From contig JANYLH010000044.1 in the NCBI GenBank assembly GCA_025357915.1, forward strand, positions 14,390-78,389: a stretch of 64,000 bases of DNA, given 5' to 3'. A model generated the notes under the pieces. It worked only from the letters and a program-made list of their open reading frames with translations, made no database searches and was not told the origin of the DNA. The position numbers and the translations under genes are program-made. This document shows, in pieces, positions 30,501 to 39,452 of the stretch. The DNA comes from Gammaproteobacteria bacterium. GTDB lineage: Bacteria > Pseudomonadota > Gammaproteobacteria > Steroidobacterales > Steroidobacteraceae. How positions within the stretch are numbered: the first letter of the stretch is position 1; each line of letters starts with the position of its first letter.

Positions 30501-31765
30501 GCGCGACGCTGCCGCTGCCGGCCACCGGCTACGCGGACGCAAACGGGCGGCTGTGTGCCGAACGGGTGCGCGCCGATTTTCCGATTCTCGGCCGCGAAGT
30601 CCACGGCCGGCCGCTCGTCTATCTTGACAGCGCCGCCTCCTCGCAGCAGCCGCGCGCGGTGCTGGATGCCGTCGAGCGTTATGTGACGACCACCCACGCC
30701 AACGTGCATCGGGGCGTACATGTGCTCAGCCAGGATGCCACCGCGGCGTTCGAGGGTGCGCGCGAGACGGTGCGGCGCTTCATCAATGCGCGCTCGACGC
30801 GCGAAATCATCTTCACGCACGGTACCACCGAGGCCATCAACCTGGTGGCCCAGGCCTGGGGCGGCGCACAGCTGCGCAGCGGCGACGAAGTACTGATCAC
30901 GCACCTCGAGCATCACGCCAACATCGTCCCCTGGCAGATGGCCTGCGCGCGCGCCGGCGCCACGCTGGTGGCCGCGCCGCTCACCCCGAATGGTGAACTT
31001 GATGTTGAGGCGTTCGCTGCATTGCTCGTCCCGCGTACGCGCCTGGTGGCGCTCGCGCACGTCTCCAACGCACTGGGCACCGTATTGCCAGTGGCCGACC
31101 TGATTGCGCTGGCGCACGCGCGCGGCGTGCCGGTACTGCTCGACGGCGCCCAGGCCATCGCGCACCAGCGCGTCGATGTGCAGCAGCTGGACTGCGATTT
31201 CTACGCCTTCTCCGGCCACAAGATCTACGCCCCTACCGGCATCGGCGTGCTCTATGGCCGCGAGTCGCTGCTCGCGGCGATGCCACCCTGGCAGGGTGGG
31301 GGCGATATGATCCTGAGCGTGGCAATCGAGCGCAGCACTTTTAACGAGCTGCCGTGGAAGTTCGAGGCGGGCACGCCCAACATCTCGGGCGCGATCGGCC
31401 TGGGCGCCGCACTCGACTACGTCGACACGCTGGGCCGCGAGCGCGTCGCCGCACACGAGCAGATGCTCCTGCAGATTGCCACCGCGCGCCTGCGCGAGGT
31501 GCCGGGGTTGACGCTCATCGGCACGGCACGCGACAAGGCCGGTGTCATCTCCTTCACGCTTGCGGGCATCCACCCCCATGACGTCGGCACCATCCTCGAT
31601 CGCGAGGGCATTGCGATCCGCACCGGCCATCATTGCGCCATGCCGGTCATGACGTACTACGGACTGCCCGCCACGGTGCGCGCCTCATTTGGCTGCTACA
31701 GCACCGCGGCCGACATCGAGGCGCTGCTGGCCGGCCTGCAGCGCGTGCGCGAGGTGTTCGCCTGA
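30497..31765 (+). CDS. sufS: cysteine desulfurase SufS (group II)
   Basis: FPILGREVHGRPLVYLDSAASSQ..., a PLP-lysine context (FSGHKIYAPTGIGVLYG), and the active-site loop (RTGHHCAMP). The GTG start overlaps the sufD stop. Confidence 0.9.
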   Translation: MSATLPLPATGYADANGRLCAERVRADFPILGREVHGRPLVYLDSAASSQQPRAVLDAVERYVTTTHANVHRGVHVLSQDATAAFEGARETVRRFINARSTREIIFTHGTTEAINLVAQAWGGAQLRSGDEVLITHLEHHANIVPWQMACARAGATLVAAPLTPNGELDVEAFAALLVPRTRLVALAHVSNALGTVLPVADLIALAHARGVPVLLDGAQAIAHQRVDVQQLDCDFYAFSGHKIYAPTGIGVLYGRESLLAAMPPWQGGGDMILSVAIERSTFNELPWKFEAGTPNISGAIGLGAALDYVDTLGRERVAAHEQMLLQIATARLREVPGLTLIGTARDKAGVISFTLAGIHPHDVGTILDREGIAIRTGHHCAMPVMTYYGLPATVRASFGCYSTAADIEALLAGLQRVREVFA

Positions 31766-32223
31766 TGGAAATCCGCGACCTGTACCGCGACGTGATCCTC
31801 GATCACAACCGCAGTCCCCGCAATTTCGGCCGGCTCGACCCGGCCGATGCCGAAGCGGTGGGCCACAACCCGCTGTGCGGTGATTCGCTGAGCGTGACAG
31901 TGCGGTTCGAGGGCGACCGGCTCAGTGAGCTGCGCTTTAACGGGCAGGGTTGCGCCATTTCGGTCGCCTCGGCGTCGCTGATGAGCGAGGCGGTCAGCGG
32001 CCGCCCGCTCGGCGAAGTCGAGGCGCTCTACCGGGAAGTGCATGCATTGCTGACCGAGCCCGCGCACGTGCCCGGCATACCGCTCGGCAAGCTCATGGCT
32101 CTCGCCGGCGTGCGCGAGTTCCCGGCCAGGGTCAAGTGCGCCAGCCTGTGCTGGCATACGCTCCACGCGGCGCTGACGCGGCCCGCGCACCCGAGCGCGG
32201 CCCCTGCGGTATCCACGGAATAA
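31765..32223 (+). CDS. sufU: SufU-type (IscU-like, Zn-dependent) sulfur transfer protein
   Basis: LYRDVILDHNRSPRNFG...NPLCGDS...GQGCAISVASASLM...FPARVKCASL aligns by eye along the whole of B. subtilis SufU. Confidence 0.85.
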   Translation: MEIRDLYRDVILDHNRSPRNFGRLDPADAEAVGHNPLCGDSLSVTVRFEGDRLSELRFNGQGCAISVASASLMSEAVSGRPLGEVEALYREVHALLTEPAHVPGIPLGKLMALAGVREFPARVKCASLCWHTLHAALTRPAHPSAAPAVSTE

Positions 32224-32225
32224 TC

Positions 32226-32780
32226 ATGGCGGGCTACGAGAACGAACCGGTGGTCTTGAGTCGCGACGTCGAGGCCGTGATCGTCCCGGCCGGCACCGCG
32301 GTGACGCTCAAGGTCGGACTCGCCGGCTACATCACGCAGGCGCTGGGCGGGAGCTTCACGCTCTACATCGAAGGCAACCTCTATCGCATCGCCGGGGAGC
32401 AGGCCGACGCGATCGGCAAGGAGCCGGTCTCGGCGCCCGAACTCCCGCCGGGCGCCACCGAAGAGGACGTGCGCGAACTTGCCTGGGCGCAGATGCGCCG
32501 TTGCTATGACCCGGAAATCCCCGTCAACATCGTCGATCTCGGGCTGGTGTATGGCTGCGCCGTGACGCTGGCGCCGGACGGTACCCGCAAGCTCAGCGTC
32601 AGCATGACCCTCACCGCGCCCGGCTGCGGCATGGGCGAGGTGCTGGTGCGCGACGTGCGCGATAAGCTTGAGATGATTCCGACCGTAAGCGAGGCGGATG
32701 TGCAACTGGTGTTCGATCCGCCCTGGAGCCAGTCGATGATGTCCGAGGCAGCGAGACTACAGACTGGCATGATGTGGTAG
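32226..32780 (+). CDS. sufT: SufT-like Fe-S assembly protein (C-terminal DUF59/MIP18 domain)
   Basis: DPEIPVNIVDLGLVY...LTAPGCGMG is the DUF59 signature. The gene is last in the suf string. Confidence 0.75.
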   Translation: MAGYENEPVVLSRDVEAVIVPAGTAVTLKVGLAGYITQALGGSFTLYIEGNLYRIAGEQADAIGKEPVSAPELPPGATEEDVRELAWAQMRRCYDPEIPVNIVDLGLVYGCAVTLAPDGTRKLSVSMTLTAPGCGMGEVLVRDVRDKLEMIPTVSEADVQLVFDPPWSQSMMSEAARLQTGMMW

Positions 32781-33235
32781 CCATGCGCGAGCTGATCCTG
32801 ATGCGCCACGCGGAAGCCCTGCCTGCCGCGATCGACGCCGACGATTTTTCGCGGCCGCTTTCCGACGCCGGGCGCGCCGCGGCGGCGCGCGCCGCCCGCG
32901 AGCTCGCAGGCAGCGCGGCTATCGAGCGCGTGCTGTTCAGTCCGGCGCGACGCACCAGCGACACGGCCGCGATCGTGGCGGGCGAACTCCCGCTCGAGCG
33001 CGCGCGACTCCAGGAAGTGCCCGAGCTCTATCTGGCGACACCGGCCGCGGTGCGCGCCGCCATCGCCCGTTGGCACGGCGACGCGCGCACACTGCTCATC
33101 GTCGGCCACAACCCCAGTCTCAGCGAACTCGGCGGCGACCTGACCGGCAAGCTTGCGCATACCCACCTGCCCACGGCAGGATTCTGGCGCCTGCGTCTCG
33201 ACGACGACGCGTGGCAGTCGCTGACACGACCATGA
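32774..33235 (+). CDS. sixA: phosphohistidine phosphatase SixA
   Basis: The LILMRHAEA (RHG/A) histidine-phosphatase motif and a later GHNP motif are present. About 150 aa, as in E. coli SixA. Confidence 0.75.
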   Translation: MVAMRELILMRHAEALPAAIDADDFSRPLSDAGRAAAARAARELAGSAAIERVLFSPARRTSDTAAIVAGELPLERARLQEVPELYLATPAAVRAAIARWHGDARTLLIVGHNPSLSELGGDLTGKLAHTHLPTAGFWRLRLDDDAWQSLTRP

Positions 33236-33251
33236 ACAGTGCGCGTGCGCG

Positions 33252-34043
33252 ATGAACCGGCCGCACCCCGCTTTGTTCCTGGGTCATGGCTCGCCTCTCC
33301 ATGCGATCGAACCCGGCCGCTACACGGCGGCATGGGAGCAGCTGGGGCGCGAACTGCCGCGGCCACGTGCGATCGTGGCCGTCTCGGCGCACTGGTACAT
33401 CCGCGGCACGGCGGTCACCCTGCCGGCCATGCCCCGTACCATTCACGATTTCCAGGGCTTTCCGTCGGCTCTTTACGCCGTGCAGTACCCCGCGCCCGGT
33501 GACCCGCAGCTCGCCGCGCGCGTGGCCAGGCTCCTCTCGCCGACGCCCGTGCGGCTCGACCATGATTGGGGCCTGGATCACGGCACCTGGTCTGTGCTGC
33601 GCTACCTCTACCCCGATGCCAGCGTCCCCGTCATCCAGCTGTCGATCGATGCCGCATTGCCGGCGCAGCAGCACTACACGCTGGCGCAGCGGCTGGCGCC
33701 GCTCCGCGACGCGCGCATCCTGGTGCTGGGAAGTGGCAATGTGGTGCACAACCTGCGCGCCTTGCAGTTCGACGCGGCGGTGACGCCGCCTTCCTGGGCG
33801 ATCGGATTCAACAAGGCGGTGCGCGACGCGGTACTCGCGGGCCGTGACGAGGACCTGGCCGGCTACCAGACGCTCGATCCAGGCGCCGCACTCAGCGTGC
33901 CCACCCCCGAGCACTACCTGCCGCTGCTCTACGTGCTGGCGCTCCGGCGCGCCGGTGAGGCCGTGAGCGTGCCGATCGATGGGATCGACCTTGGGACCAT
34001 CAGCATGCTGAGTGTGCTGGTTGGCTCCCGGCAACCCGTATGA
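33252..34043 (+). CDS. ygiD: 4,5-DOPA dioxygenase extradiol family protein (YgiD-like)
   Basis: ALFLGHGSPLHAIE...VSAHW...LDHGTWSVL...GSGNVVHNL...EHYLPLLY, which are class III extradiol dioxygenase motifs. Confidence 0.85.
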   Translation: MNRPHPALFLGHGSPLHAIEPGRYTAAWEQLGRELPRPRAIVAVSAHWYIRGTAVTLPAMPRTIHDFQGFPSALYAVQYPAPGDPQLAARVARLLSPTPVRLDHDWGLDHGTWSVLRYLYPDASVPVIQLSIDAALPAQQHYTLAQRLAPLRDARILVLGSGNVVHNLRALQFDAAVTPPSWAIGFNKAVRDAVLAGRDEDLAGYQTLDPGAALSVPTPEHYLPLLYVLALRRAGEAVSVPIDGIDLGTISMLSVLVGSRQPV

Positions 34044-34053
34044 GGACGCTGGC

Positions 34054-36288
34054 ATGAGCGCGCTGCCAGGCCTGCTGCCGCGCCTGTGGCGTTTACGGCC
34101 GGGGCGCCGCTTTCTGCTCCGCCTGCTGCTCTCGGCGCTGCCACTCACGCTGCTGCTGCCGCATGCCTTCGGCCAGCTGCCGATCGGGTTTCTGCAGCGT
34201 TTCGAAAGTTACCTGTACGACGTCCGCGTCCGCTGGACCACGACGCCGGTTCGCGATCCGCGCGTCGTGATCGTCGACATCGACGAGGCGAGCCTCACGG
34301 CCGAGGGCGAGTGGCCGTGGTCGCGCGAGGTCTTCGCCCGACTGGTCGATCGCTTGTTCGACGACTACGGCGTGCGCGCGCTGGGCTTCGACGTCTTTTT
34401 TGCCGACCCGCAGCAGCCGGGTGCGCTCAGACTCCTCGACGAGCTCAGCCGGGGTTCACCGCCCGCGCTCGCCGCGCGCCTGGCCGGACTGCGGCCGCGC
34501 TTCGAGACCGACCGCGTCTTCGCCGAGGCGCTGATCGCCCGCGACACGGTGCTCGGTTACGTCTTCAAGCAGAAACTGCAGCCTGGGGACCGGCCTGAGA
34601 AGGGCCGGCTGCCGCGGGCGCAGCCGCTGTCGATGCCGCCCGGCGCGCGGCTGCTGCAGCCCGCTGGTTACGTCGCGAACCTCGGCGCACTGCAGGAGAA
34701 CGCCGCGGCCGGCGGCTTCTTTGACACCTCGCTGGTGGACGAGGACGGCGTGGTCCGCCGGATGCCCTTGCTCCAGTACTACGGTGGCCGGGTGTACGAG
34801 TCGCTGAGCCTCGCGCTGACGCGCCTGGCCCTGCACTCGCCGCCGCTGTCGCTCGGCATCGACCCGGCCACGGGCGCGTTGCAGGAAATCCATTTCGGCG
34901 AGCGGGTGGTACCGGTGGACCGTGCCGCCGCGGTGCTGGTGCCGTTCCGCGGACCGGTCGGCTCCTTTCCCTATGTATCGGTGACCCAGGTGCTGCACGG
35001 CACCGCGCCCGCAGCCACGCTCAAAGGCGCGATCGTGCTGGTGGGCGCGAGCGCTCCCGGGCTGCTGGACCTGCGTGCGACGCCGGTCGGCAAGGAGTAC
35101 ATCGGTGTGGAAGCGCACGCCAATGTGATCGCAGGGCTGCTGGACGGCACGATCCGTTACGTCCCGACCACGACGCCGTGGATCGAGGCCGGCACGCTGC
35201 TGCTGCTCGCGCTGCTGACCGCTGCGCTGCTGGCGCGTTCGCCACTCGCGGGAGTATTGACGGTCGCGGCGCTCCTCGCAGCGCTGTGCGCTGCCAATCT
35301 GCTCGCCTGGCAGCGCCTCGGAATCGTGCTGCCGCTCGCCTCGAGCCTGAGCTACGTGCTGGTCGCCGCACTGCTGCATCTCAACTACGGCTATTTCTTC
35401 GAGTCGCGCCGCAAGCGACGGCTCGGACGGCTGTTTGGGCAGTACGTCCCGCCAGAGGTCGTGCAGGATCTCGACGCCACCGAGACCGACATTTCGCTGG
35501 CCGGCGAGAGTCGCGTCATGAGCGTGCTGTTCTCGGACGTGCGCGGCTTCACGACCATCTCCGAGGGACTGGACCCGCGCTCGCTGAGCCAGTTCATGAA
35601 CGAGTTCCTGACGCCCATCACGGCCGTGATCCGCCGTCATCACGGCACCATCGACAAATACATGGGCGACGCCGTGATGGCCTTCTGGGGCGCGCCGCTC
35701 GCCGAGCCCGCCCACGCCGCGCGGGCCGTGCGTGCCGCCCTGGACATGGTCGCGTGCCTTGAGGGCGTCAACGCCAGCTGTCGCGCGCGCGGCTGGCCCG
35801 AGATCCGCATCGGCGTGGGCATCAGCTCCGGTCCCATGAACGTGGGCAACATGGGCTCCGAGTTCCGGATGGCCTACACGGTGCTCGGCGATACCGTGAA
35901 CCTGGGTTCACGGCTCGAGGGGCTCACGAAGGAATACGGCGTCGACATCATTGTCAGTGCCGCTACGGCCAGCGCGGTGCCGGAAATGGCTTTCCGGGAA
36001 CTGGACCTCGTGCGCGTCAAGGGCAAGCACGAGGCGATCGCGATCCTGGAGCCGCTCGGGCCGCGCGCCGGGCTGGCGCCCGCGACGCTCATCGCTTGCG
36101 AGGAGTTCACCGCCGTGCTTGTCGCCTACCGCAAGCGCGACTTCGCGGGCGCCGCGACGCGCTTGGCCGCACTGCGCGCACGCACGGATCATCGTCTATA
36201 CGAATTGTACGCGGCGCGGATCAGCGCTTACCTCGAGGCCCCGCCGCCGCCGGAGTGGGACGGAGTCTACACATTCACCAGGAAGTGA
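34054..36288 (+). CDS. CHASE2 sensor domain-containing class III adenylate/guanylate cyclase (adenylyl-type residues)
   Basis: An N-terminal TM is followed by CHASE2 (VVIVDIDEASLTAEGEWPWSREVFARLV) and three TMs. The cyclase domain has LFSDVRGFT, IDKYMGDAVMAFWG and YTVLGDTVNLGSRLE. Confidence 0.85.
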   Translation: MSALPGLLPRLWRLRPGRRFLLRLLLSALPLTLLLPHAFGQLPIGFLQRFESYLYDVRVRWTTTPVRDPRVVIVDIDEASLTAEGEWPWSREVFARLVDRLFDDYGVRALGFDVFFADPQQPGALRLLDELSRGSPPALAARLAGLRPRFETDRVFAEALIARDTVLGYVFKQKLQPGDRPEKGRLPRAQPLSMPPGARLLQPAGYVANLGALQENAAAGGFFDTSLVDEDGVVRRMPLLQYYGGRVYESLSLALTRLALHSPPLSLGIDPATGALQEIHFGERVVPVDRAAAVLVPFRGPVGSFPYVSVTQVLHGTAPAATLKGAIVLVGASAPGLLDLRATPVGKEYIGVEAHANVIAGLLDGTIRYVPTTTPWIEAGTLLLLALLTAALLARSPLAGVLTVAALLAALCAANLLAWQRLGIVLPLASSLSYVLVAALLHLNYGYFFESRRKRRLGRLFGQYVPPEVVQDLDATETDISLAGESRVMSVLFSDVRGFTTISEGLDPRSLSQFMNEFLTPITAVIRRHHGTIDKYMGDAVMAFWGAPLAEPAHAARAVRAALDMVACLEGVNASCRARGWPEIRIGVGISSGPMNVGNMGSEFRMAYTVLGDTVNLGSRLEGLTKEYGVDIIVSAATASAVPEMAFRELDLVRVKGKHEAIAILEPLGPRAGLAPATLIACEEFTAVLVAYRKRDFAGAATRLAALRARTDHRLYELYAARISAYLEAPPPPEWDGVYTFTRK

Positions 36289-36440
36289 GCTCGGGCGCGC
36301 ACCGACAGGGGCGCCCGGTTGCGATGAAAAACCTGCTGGCGCAAGATACGCCGTCTGCGCGGGCTTTCGGGCGGATGCTGGTCGAGCGTTGCGGCGTGCT
36401 GCAGCGACGGGCGGCGACAATCACTTGATCCGGGAGTCAA

Positions 36441-37784
36441 ATGCAGCCATCACCTCGCCGGCGCCGTAGCTGCTTCGCCTGCGCCGTATTCACCCTGATG
36501 GCAATGACGGGACTGGCCCGTGCCACTGCGCCCACCGACCTCGACCTGCTCCTGGCGCAGTGCCAGTCGCAGCTCGACGCTGGCCACAGCGCCGACGCCT
36601 ACTCCCTGCTTTCGGCACATGAAGCGGAATTCGGCGGCCTCGCCGCCTTCGACTACCTCTACGGCATGGCGGCGCTCGACAGCGGCCACGCTTCCGAGGC
36701 CGGCTTTGCCCTGGCCCGCGTGGTGGCGATCGAGCCTGACTTCGACGGCGCGCGCATGGAACTGGCCCGCGCCTACTACGCGAGTGGCGACTACGAGTCG
36801 GCCCGCACCCAGTTTGCCTTCTTGCGCGAGCGCAGCCCACCGGCGCCCGCGCGCGCGCTCATCGATCGCTACCTTGCCGCCATCGACGACCATGTGGCCG
36901 TCTTGCGCCCGCGCCTGGTACTGAATTTCGATGGCGGCGGCGGCTACGACTCCAACGCCAATGGCTCGACCGCCGACCGGCAATTTCTCGGGTTCAATCT
37001 CGACGCCCGCAATGTGGCTGCCTCGACCGCGTTTGCCGATGCGACCTTCAGCGCGAGCTACGTGCGCCCGCAGGGGCGCCGCCTCGGCTGGACGGGCGAT
37101 CTGGCCGCGAACCAGCGCTGGAACCCCGGCGCTCACTTCGTTGACCAGTCGCTCCTGTCCGGCGCGCTGGCACTGGCCGGGCGGTTCGGCGAATGGCGGA
37201 CCGCGCTCGGCGTCAACGGCTATTGGGCCGCGCTGGATGGCGCTGGCCACGAGTGGAGCGGCAACGTGCAGGCGCGGGCGACGCATCCGATGGGCGCGCA
37301 CTGGTCTGCGACCAGCAGCGTCTCGTACGGCGCGCTGCGCTACCTGGATGAACGCCTCAGCCTGCTGGAGGTCAACCGCTTGCTCGGGAGCGTGCGGATC
37401 GACCGCGGCGGCCTCGCCGCCGGCGGCATCCTCTCAGTGACGCTGCTCGCGGGCCATGACAACGCGCAACAGGTCAGTTCACCGTATGGGGGTGCCCGCT
37501 ACGGCGCGCGCGCCTCTTATGCCTGGCAGGCGGGGCCGCGCGTCCGCGCGGTCGTCGACGCTGGCGGCCTGCGCAGCCGCTACGCGGGTGGTGCCGGTTT
37601 CTTCGGCCTCGCACGGCGCGATACCCAGTACTCGGCGCTGGTGCTGCTCGACATCGACGGCGCGCCGGCCGCGGGCTGGCACGTACAGCCGCGCCTGCGC
37701 TACACGCAGAACGACTCCAATGTTTCGCTCTACGCCTACGATCGCTGGGAAGCCGGCATTTTCCTGCACCGGACCTTTCACTAG
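36441..37784 (+). CDS. TPR + C-terminal beta-barrel outer-membrane protein, Slam/DUF560 (type XI secretion)-like
   Basis: A signal peptide is followed by a TPR-like N-terminal region of about 130 aa. The remaining roughly 300 aa are Gly/Asn/Tyr/Arg-rich with alternating-pattern segments. The size (447 aa) and architecture match Slam proteins. Family assignment is by pattern only. Confidence 0.5.
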   Translation: MQPSPRRRRSCFACAVFTLMAMTGLARATAPTDLDLLLAQCQSQLDAGHSADAYSLLSAHEAEFGGLAAFDYLYGMAALDSGHASEAGFALARVVAIEPDFDGARMELARAYYASGDYESARTQFAFLRERSPPAPARALIDRYLAAIDDHVAVLRPRLVLNFDGGGGYDSNANGSTADRQFLGFNLDARNVAASTAFADATFSASYVRPQGRRLGWTGDLAANQRWNPGAHFVDQSLLSGALALAGRFGEWRTALGVNGYWAALDGAGHEWSGNVQARATHPMGAHWSATSSVSYGALRYLDERLSLLEVNRLLGSVRIDRGGLAAGGILSVTLLAGHDNAQQVSSPYGGARYGARASYAWQAGPRVRAVVDAGGLRSRYAGGAGFFGLARRDTQYSALVLLDIDGAPAAGWHVQPRLRYTQNDSNVSLYAYDRWEAGIFLHRTFH

Positions 37785-37801
37785 CCTCCACGGGAATCCT
37801 C

Positions 37802-39442
37802 ATGAGCGCACGCACCTGTCGCCGCACCGACCGCCGCCTCCAGATCCTGCTCAGGGTCATGGCGCTGCTCGCCTTCAGCCCCTGCGCGCTTGCCGCGCAG
37901 GCGGGCAAGATCGTATTCGTGGCCGGCAACGTAACGCTGGAGGCGAGCCACCGCCCGCTCCAGCGCGGCGACACACTCAACACCGGCGACACGGTCGTGA
38001 CTGCGGCGGGCGCCCGCGCGCAGCTCTTGATGGGCGACGGCGCGCGGATTGCACTGCGTTCGGGGTCGCGCTTTCGTATCGATGCGTTCGAGCTTGGCGC
38101 CGCGGTCAGGAACCCGGCGGCCACGGCGGTCGCGGCCTCGACCGGGCGGAGCCTGAGCACGCTGCTCAGCGGTGGTTTTCACACCGCCTCAGGCAGCATT
38201 GGCAAGGCAGATCCGTCCGCGTACGAGGTGCGCGTGCCGGTCGGCACGCTCGGCATCCGCGGCACCGACTACGTAGCGGTGTACTGCCGCAGCGATTGTA
38301 CCGATGCGCCAGGACTGAAGCCCGGTGAACCGGTAAGAGACGGCCTGTACCTTGGCGTCTACTCCGGCAGCATCGTGTTTCGCGGCGGTGACCTTGAAGT
38401 CGTGGTCGCGGCGGGCGAGTTCGTGTTCATACCGGTGCCCGAACTCAAACCCGAACGGCTCCAGCTGCCACCGGCGCCGATAGTCGGCGACGGTGCCGGA
38501 CCACTCGACCTGGCAGGCGCCACCGCGGGCGTGCAGGCGCGCCCCGCCGGCAAGCACTCGGGTTTCGGTGATTCCGGCGGGGGTCATGGCCCGGCTTCCC
38601 CCGTCACGGAGCCGCCGCCGCCAGCCAACGGCACGGTCCAGCCGGTGGGCGGATCGGTGAACGGCGTGCCGATCGATCTGACGCCGGGCCAGCTGCCCAC
38701 ACGCAACGATTCCACCTGGATAACCGGCCCGGTGCGCGGCCTGTTCAGTCCCGGCAGCAACGCCGCGGCCACGACGCAGTATGGCTTTGGCGGTACAGGC
38801 GGCGGCGCCACCGTGCTGCCCGTGCTGGGCGATGCGGGGGCCGCTTTGCTGCAGATCGGCACAGCCACCGCCAGCGAGTCGGGGTTCGATGCCGCGACCG
38901 GACTGCGCTGGGGTCGCTGGAGCGGCGGCAGCGTCAACCTCGTCACCGCAACCGGCGGCAGCGTGCCGGTGCCGCTCGGGAGCGACAGCGTGCACTGGGT
39001 TGCCGGAAGCGGCTACGTCGATGCTGCCATCCCGGTGCTGCCGGTCAGCGGCACGGCGACTTACAACCTCGCAGGCGCCACCCGCCCGACCGACGGCCTG
39101 GGCAACCTCGGCACACTCAACAGCCTTAAGCTGACCGCCGACTTCAGCGCGAACGCAGTGACCGCAGCCCTGGCGCTGACCATCGCCAACGTGGACTGGA
39201 TCGCCAGCGGCAACGGCTTCATCCTCGCGGGCTCGAAGACGACTGGCCCACAGTTCAACGGCGCGTTCGGCGCGCCCTCGATAGGCGGCTCCACGCAATT
39301 GGGCGGTGGCGGCCAGTTCAGCGGCTTCTTCAGCAATGTGCCCGGACAGGTATCGGGCGCGCCTGGCGCAGCCGGCATCTCCTATACCCTGTTCGCGCCA
39401 GGGGCTGGCACTGTATCGGGTGCAGCGGCACTCAGCCGATGA
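37802..39442 (+). CDS. secreted FecR-domain protein with TbpB/fHbp-like C-terminal 8-strand-barrel motif (candidate Slam cargo)
   Basis: It has a signal peptide and a FecR domain (GKIVFVAGNVTLEASHRPLQRGDTLNTGDTVVTAAGARAQLLMGDGARIALRSGSRFRI). The C-terminus reads GTATYNLAG...LTADFSANAVTAAL...GQFSGFF...GAAGISYTLF, like TbpB-type barrel domains. Confidence 0.6.
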   Translation: MSARTCRRTDRRLQILLRVMALLAFSPCALAAQAGKIVFVAGNVTLEASHRPLQRGDTLNTGDTVVTAAGARAQLLMGDGARIALRSGSRFRIDAFELGAAVRNPAATAVAASTGRSLSTLLSGGFHTASGSIGKADPSAYEVRVPVGTLGIRGTDYVAVYCRSDCTDAPGLKPGEPVRDGLYLGVYSGSIVFRGGDLEVVVAAGEFVFIPVPELKPERLQLPPAPIVGDGAGPLDLAGATAGVQARPAGKHSGFGDSGGGHGPASPVTEPPPPANGTVQPVGGSVNGVPIDLTPGQLPTRNDSTWITGPVRGLFSPGSNAAATTQYGFGGTGGGATVLPVLGDAGAALLQIGTATASESGFDAATGLRWGRWSGGSVNLVTATGGSVPVPLGSDSVHWVAGSGYVDAAIPVLPVSGTATYNLAGATRPTDGLGNLGTLNSLKLTADFSANAVTAALALTIANVDWIASGNGFILAGSKTTGPQFNGAFGAPSIGGSTQLGGGGQFSGFFSNVPGQVSGAPGAAGISYTLFAPGAGTVSGAAALSR

Positions 39443-39452
39443 GCCCGCGCCA

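Noticed and set aside
36292-36317. GC-rich hairpin (CGGGCGC-12 nt-GCGCCCG) 3 nt after the cyclase stop, as a possible terminator; also a 34-codon ORF (36324..36428) in the 152-bp gap
   Set aside because: No U-tract follows the stem, so it is not a convincing intrinsic terminator. The mini-ORF has no ribosome-binding site that I can see and no recognisable features. Transcript continuity between the cyclase and the downstream genes is left open.
39306-39452. Upstream extension of the flavo-FeS ORF overlapping the FecR-domain gene
   Set aside because: The Rossmann GxGxxG motif normally lies within about 10 residues of the N-terminus. The extension overlaps the upstream gene by more than 100 nt and has a non-protein-like composition, so I prefer the TTG at 39453. 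The start remains uncertain.
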